From: an uncultured virus (IMG/VR IMGVR_UViG_3300042429_001351)
Taxonomy: Duplodnaviria; Heunggongvirae; Uroviricota; Caudoviricetes
Length of the DNA stretch: 20,000 nt
IMG/VR virus record: IMGVR_UViG_3300042429_001351
Reading direction: 5' to 3' (one strand)
Under the pieces are notes generated by a model that was given only the letters and a program-made list of their open reading frames with translations, did no database searches and had not been told where the DNA came from. Below, piece after piece: positions 16,018 to 20,000 of this stretch; the first letter of the stretch is position 1; the number at the start of each line of letters is the position of its first letter. The position numbers and the translations under genes were made by a program.

Positions 16018-16552
16018 AAAGAATTGCCATCTCCTCTGCTAGGACGCGGTTTAATAATTTTGCTGATTTTGGTAGCGTTCTTATTCTCCAAAAACCACCA
16101 AACAAATCTTTCACTGCATCCGCATGCGGACCAGACAGGTACATTGTTTTTTCGCCAATGTCGTCACTTGATGGTTCGGTAATTGGCCAACCGCGTAGGG
16201 CTCCCTCCACATACTTGACCCCTTTGGGAACGAGTATGTTTTCAAGGTCGGCGTCATTTGAATCAGCCCACATTGCGTTCAGGTCGATATATATGCCTTT
16301 GAAATTCCGTGAAACTATTTCCTGGCCAAGCTCAAACGGGTCGAAGTTCTTTGCAATACAAAAAAAGAACTCACTCTTTTCTACGAGCGCATCAAACGTG
16401 AGAACGTCCTGTATCCCAAACTTTTCCGCACGGGCCTTAGTTTCGTCAGAGCGGCCCTCGGACGCCCATATGCATTCATGACCGTACAAAGAGCAAGAGT
16501 ACGCGACGGTTGAACCCATTGCCCCAGGAGAGTAGATTCCTACGACCGCCAC
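16010..16552 (-). CDS. NAD(P)-binding Rossmann domain of the 6-phosphogluconate/3-hydroxyisobutyrate dehydrogenase-like family, lacking the C-terminal helical domain
   Basis: VGIYSPGAMGS.VA...G....WASEGRS.ET..RA...G, YIDLNA, YVEGAL.G.P and MYLSG..A. It is only 180 aa. The GTG start overlaps the upstream TAG. Confidence 0.75.
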   Translation of the reverse strand: MAVVGIYSPGAMGSTVAYSCSLYGHECIWASEGRSDETKARAEKFGIQDVLTFDALVEKSEFFFCIAKNFDPFELGQEIVSRNFKGIYIDLNAMWADSNDADLENILVPKGVKYVEGALRGWPITEPSSDDIGEKTMYLSGPHADAVKDLFGGFWRIRTLPKSAKLLNRVLAEEMAILYG

Positions 16553-17217
16553 TACTGACTAAGTGGAGCCTTTACTCCATCGTAGCTGCCCTTGATGTCG
16601 TGGTTTCTGTCGTTGTAGTCAAACATTGTTACCGCTGAGTACTTGGTTCCACTTATCACGGGTTTTGCTGCGTGGGCATAGATAAAGGTTGACGGGAACA
16701 TAACAATGTCTCCAGCTTCGGGCTTAAATGTCAAGTCCAAGTATGGAAACCATAGTTCTCCACCTTCGTAGTCATCGTTGAAATATCCGACAGAAGAAAC
16801 TGTACATGTGTAAGAAAACCCATGGTCTGTGTGCACCTGGAAGTGTTGGCTTTCTTTGTACCGAATAAAGTTAATGGCTTCCATGTATTCCATGTTTATG
16901 TTGTAGCGACTCTGGTAATCAGTCATGCACGCACGTATGGCACCAGCCGTGTCTGCATATATATTTTTTAGCTCTGCAAATTGTGGATACTGTTGAAGGT
17001 ATTCAATATGTGTTTCCCCAATTTTGCAGTCAACACAGTCTCGGTACTCTGGCATTTTTTGCGAGTATCCAACAAGGGCTTCGTTCCACTTGAATAGACC
17101 TACCGTACTATTTCCTATAGTCGCCTCTAGACGATTAATTATGTCCAATTCTTTTGGTAGTGCATTTTTGTAGAGAAGAATCCCTAGGCGCGGGTCGCTG
17201 AGTATTTCGGTTTCCAT
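16552..17217 (-). CDS. 2OG-Fe(II) oxygenase, prolyl-4-hydroxylase-like
   Basis: FIRY...QHFQVHTDHG...VSSVGYFNDDYEGGELWFPYL...KPEAGDIVMFPS.FIYAHAAKPVISGTKYS. Confidence 0.92.
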   Translation of the reverse strand: METEILSDPRLGILLYKNALPKELDIINRLEATIGNSTVGLFKWNEALVGYSQKMPEYRDCVDCKIGETHIEYLQQYPQFAELKNIYADTAGAIRACMTDYQSRYNINMEYMEAINFIRYKESQHFQVHTDHGFSYTCTVSSVGYFNDDYEGGELWFPYLDLTFKPEAGDIVMFPSTFIYAHAAKPVISGTKYSAVTMFDYNDRNHDIKGSYDGVKAPLSQ

Positions 17218-17229
17218 AGTCCCAGTCTA
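17215..17229 (-). promoter_or_regulatory. Putative leaderless promoter (-10 TAGACT, 6 nt, ATG)
   Basis: The - strand reads TAGACTgggactATG. Confidence 0.5.
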
Positions 17230-17271
17230 TACATATCGGAGATGTCCATACGCCACCTGGAGATACGTGAT

Positions 17272-18126
17272 TTAGAGCGGAAGGAATGCTTCTGCAAAAT
17301 GTATCTGCCTATGAATCCCGGGGTGGACCGAATCGACAGCCTCATCCCAGAACTCCACATTATCTCCGTCGTGCTCACACCCGTCAATCATTAACGATTC
17401 ATTTGGGTTGATGAAATTTTCAATCCCAAGTACGGAATAGACGCGATTATCTACAGGGTCCCACGAGTAAAACTTAAAATTTATTTCTTCTATGGAGCAG
17501 AAATCCTGGAGATTCTTTAAAGAGTTCAATGAGTTTTGGATAACAATATCTAAAGATATCTCTTTACCTCTTGAGCGCCCTGGGAAGAAATTTTCATGAG
17601 ACAGAAACTCACGGTCTCTTTTCGACCAGGCGAACCTCTCCCTGTACGGGGGTGTGTCTACGCTTATCCATTGTCTACCTGCTTCTGGGGCGAGGAAAAG
17701 TAAATGTTTTGGTTTGCCATAAATCTTAATGAATTCAAAGACAGCTGTAGTAATCTGCTGAATCGAGCCGCCAGGTATTCCTAGTTGGTTAAAAGAAAGT
17801 TGTGTTCTTTCGCCGACGACATACGGCCAGGAGAGACCAGTGCTTAGTCCTATTCCGGCAGTGAAAGAGCATCCTGCGGCAAGTATTTCAGCATTTCTTA
17901 TGAATTCTTTACCTATAATCCCATTTTTGTTTACGTGGTATTTTACGTTCTCATGCGGTTTATGTGAAGCAGAATCATTCGTGTCCAAGCCAGATTCTTT
18001 GTAACTAAAAAAACTTGGATTAAATTGTGCTTCACCGCAAAAATCTATAACGTCTTTCGAAAACATGTTTTCGTAAACGTTTTGCAAACGCTTTTCGTAT
18101 ATTTTTCGATAATGGTTTTCGCGCAT
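17272..18126 (-). CDS. SGNH/GDSL-hydrolase-like phage protein (start uncertain: ATG 18126 or TTG 18156)
   Basis: ILAAGCSFTAGIG...SWP...FNQLGIPGGS (blocks I and II) and C-terminal DSVHPG...AEAF (DxxH). Confidence 0.65.
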   Translation of the reverse strand: MRENHYRKIYEKRLQNVYENMFSKDVIDFCGEAQFNPSFFSYKESGLDTNDSASHKPHENVKYHVNKNGIIGKEFIRNAEILAAGCSFTAGIGLSTGLSWPYVVGERTQLSFNQLGIPGGSIQQITTAVFEFIKIYGKPKHLLFLAPEAGRQWISVDTPPYRERFAWSKRDREFLSHENFFPGRSRGKEISLDIVIQNSLNSLKNLQDFCSIEEINFKFYSWDPVDNRVYSVLGIENFINPNESLMIDGCEHDGDNVEFWDEAVDSVHPGIHRQIHFAEAFLPL

Positions 18127-18187
18127 CCTGTCAAAGCCCAATGTTTTTACCCGCAACCTTCACAAACGCTTCATCCATTACTGCAGT

Positions 18188-18850
18188 CTATACGGTAGTA
18201 AAGAATCCTTGTGACATATAGCGGGTACCGGAGATAATCGGCCTCACGCCATGGGCCATATCTTCGTGCCAAGTGTGCGACCAAATCAGTAAAGAATTAG
18301 CTTTTGGTTTTATCGATAGTCCAAGGATTGGCATGTATAACTCACCGCCCTCGTAGTCGTCATTGACGTAGTAGACGCATGAAAAGTCAGTGACTGCGCC
18401 AGCCTTATCCAAAAACACGCCGTCGCAGTGAAGGCCCATATTGTCGCCTTCTTTGGCCATCGACAACCAGGGACCGCTTTCAAAATAGGTCTTATTCCCG
18501 TAAGTGTCTTTTATTGTGTCTCTGACATTTATCAACATCCACGACAGAATTTTGTTAACCTTCTCATCTGCTGGTATATGCATGGAAATTTTGTAATTAT
18601 CCCCGTTTGTCATGTAGCCACCAGAACTAATTTCATCCCTGGTTGGCAAGAAAGAGGTTTGGAAGGTTATCTCTGGGTTAAGAGAATGGGTCTTTTTCTT
18701 CCAACCAATCTCTGGGTTATGACCAACAAACTCAAATTTATCTTCATTATTCTCGCAATATGCTTTTACTACTCCCCATTCATCTTGTGGTAGGTAGTCA
18801 ACGAACAAACCTATTCTTGGCGTATTGGTAAGAAGAGGTTCGTGTCCCAT
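18188..18850 (-). CDS. 2OG-Fe(II) oxygenase, prolyl-4-hydroxylase-like
   Basis: GLHCD...FSCVYYVNDDYEGGELY.P.....IKP..NSLLIW.....HGVRPIISGTRY. Confidence 0.92.
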   Translation of the reverse strand: MGHEPLLTNTPRIGLFVDYLPQDEWGVVKAYCENNEDKFEFVGHNPEIGWKKKTHSLNPEITFQTSFLPTRDEISSGGYMTNGDNYKISMHIPADEKVNKILSWMLINVRDTIKDTYGNKTYFESGPWLSMAKEGDNMGLHCDGVFLDKAGAVTDFSCVYYVNDDYEGGELYMPILGLSIKPKANSLLIWSHTWHEDMAHGVRPIISGTRYMSQGFFTTV

Positions 18851-18851
18851 A

Positions 18852-19469
18852 TCATTCGACCGTAAAGAATGCTGGGGATGTGTATCGCTCGCCGCTCGTG
18901 ACCATTTTCACACCATGTAGATAGTTGATGTCCCCAGGGTGGATTACGGCAAGACCAGGCTCTGGCTTTACGACGATGTCGTGTTCTGGATAGTAAAGTT
19001 CTCCGCCTTCGAAGTCGTCGTTCCAATAGAAAAGCGAATTGATGTCGTATGTTGGGAACGGATTTGGTGAGCCATCATTCATCTGCTTATCCGCATGTGG
19101 GCGTTGTTCAATCCCACCAAACCACCGAACTATGCATGGTGGCCGTTTCTCTAGTTTGCAATTAAAAATCTCACCTGCAGTCACAGCCATCTTGTCGAGA
19201 TAGAAATCAATAAGGTCGTACACCTCTTTGTTGATTCTCTCCAAAATAGTCGAAGTACATTGCCTATTGTTCCAATACGCAGCATTATAAGTGCATACGC
19301 CGTTTTCGTCAAAGATGTCCGTGTCCGAACCATTTGACCATTCTTTTATGGTCCTAGCAAATGACGAGATGATAGATGCATCTTTTTCATCAATGAAGTT
19401 CTTTATGACGTGGATATTTTCTGGGCCAGTGCCGAAAAATCCAGGTTCTATCTTCCATGGTGAATTCAC
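18852..19469 (-). CDS. 2OG-Fe(II) oxygenase, prolyl-4-hydroxylase-like
   Basis: VRW..G.EQRPHADK...SLFYWNDDFEGGELYYP.....KP.PG.AV.HPGD..YLHGV..VTSGERYT. GTG start. Confidence 0.92.
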   Translation of the reverse strand: MNSPWKIEPGFFGTGPENIHVIKNFIDEKDASIISSFARTIKEWSNGSDTDIFDENGVCTYNAAYWNNRQCTSTILERINKEVYDLIDFYLDKMAVTAGEIFNCKLEKRPPCIVRWFGGIEQRPHADKQMNDGSPNPFPTYDINSLFYWNDDFEGGELYYPEHDIVVKPEPGLAVIHPGDINYLHGVKMVTSGERYTSPAFFTVE

Positions 19470-19481
19470 GGAATAAGACTA
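19467..19481 (-). promoter_or_regulatory. Putative leaderless promoter (-10 TAGTCT, 6 nt, GTG)
   Basis: The - strand reads gatgTAGTCTtattccGTG, sharing the gatgTAG context of the 4507 site. Confidence 0.5.
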
Positions 19482-19496
19482 CATCACCCTTAAGGC

Positions 19497-20000
19497 TTAA
19501 TTGAGCCCCAGATATTCATCGATATCAAGACTGATTAGGTCAAGGGACACGTCTACACCCTTTTCCTTTACCTGTGGGTCAATCCATGGTTCGCCATCAT
19601 CTTTTGGACCTACGAATGGCTTCCAGTCTTTTTCACCATTGTCTAGAAACTTCTCATCAAGCCACGGATATATTTCGCCAAAGACGTCTCTTTCGCCGAG
19701 CAAGAAACCATTTGAGTATCTCTTGGTTTTGGTTCCAGTTCTGTCAATCAAGAACTTTGTGAAGTTCCCCGTAATTGGAAAGGCGCGTTTTGCGTCTTTT
19801 GGAACATCTTCAGAAATACCCGACCAAGGCACTGATTCTCCAGTATATGGAACACCAAGTTTATTTAGTGTCGCGTTATAGCCCTCTGTTAGGTAGTACC
19901 AAAGAGTATTCTGTGTCTGGGATATTTCCGTATTTGGAACAAAATCGGACTCATATGTAACTTTGTCAACTCTGCCATTAGTGAGTTCTGAGAACTCAAA
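19497..20000 (-). CDS. Second glutathione peroxidase-fold protein (5'-truncated by the window edge)
   Basis: The frame is open to 20000: FEFSELTNGRVDK...LWYYLT...PITGNFTKFLIDRTG...RY, matching the GPx C-terminal I.WNF.KFL+DR.G motif with W replaced by G. Confidence 0.7.
   Translation of the reverse strand, partial: FEFSELTNGRVDKVTYESDFVPNTEISQTQNTLWYYLTEGYNATLNKLGVPYTGESVPWSGISEDVPKDAKRAFPITGNFTKFLIDRTGTKTKRYSNGFLLGERDVFGEIYPWLDEKFLDNGEKDWKPFVGPKDDGEPWIDPQVKEKGVDVSLDLISLDIDEYLGLN

Noticed and set aside
6684..19469. Oxygenases as a DNA hypermodification (TET/JBP or AlkB) cluster
   Set aside because: Motifs are P4H-like (Y.NDDYEGGE..F, H.V..V..G.RY) and no DNA methylase, nucleotide kinase or thymidylate-synthase homologue was recognised nearby. 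This is disfavoured but not formally excluded.
1085..19960. Remaining opposite-strand or nested ORFs in the track (e.g. 1085-1582, 5036-5425, 15347-15682, 18428-18793, 19501-19881)
   Set aside because: They are nested antisense to genes with clear family motifs and have no recognisable features of their own.
19982..19998. Perfect inverted repeat TGAGTTCT-G-AGAACTCA
   Set aside because: It lies inside the GPx-like coding frame, has a 1-nt centre, and no second copy was seen. It cannot be supported as a terminator or operator.

Overview
This is a 20 kb segment of a tailed-phage genome. An actinobacterial host is likely but inferred, from the TANNNT-N6-start leaderless-type promoters and the style of the tail proteins. 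The left part (1-4215, + strand) is the end of a virion module: a P2-gpI-like baseplate/tail protein, a tail-fibre protein with a cupredoxin-like H...C-x2-H-x2-M motif, and a 628-aa mucin-like protein with poly-Thr tracts, a PPFFPP motif, two FN3 domains and a 12-Cys C-terminus. Directly after it comes a dense island of about 15 kb of modifying enzymes. It holds a small Cys-rich protein, a radical SAM enzyme with a SPASM/twitch tail, a GT60-type (Gnt1/TcOGNT-like) polypeptide GlcNAc-transferase, and eleven 2OG-Fe(II) oxygenases, four of which form a clear paralogous clade. It also holds two glutathione-peroxidase-fold proteins (the complete one lacks the catalytic tetrad), a probable SAM methyltransferase, a DUF6065-like protein, a stand-alone NAD(P)-binding domain and an SGNH-like protein. 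The leading hypothesis (inference) is a phage-encoded hydroxylation/O-glycosylation system that decorates the adjacent Thr/Pro-rich virion protein. No RNA genes, CRISPR arrays or transposases were seen. All family calls come from motif recognition by eye, not from database searches.
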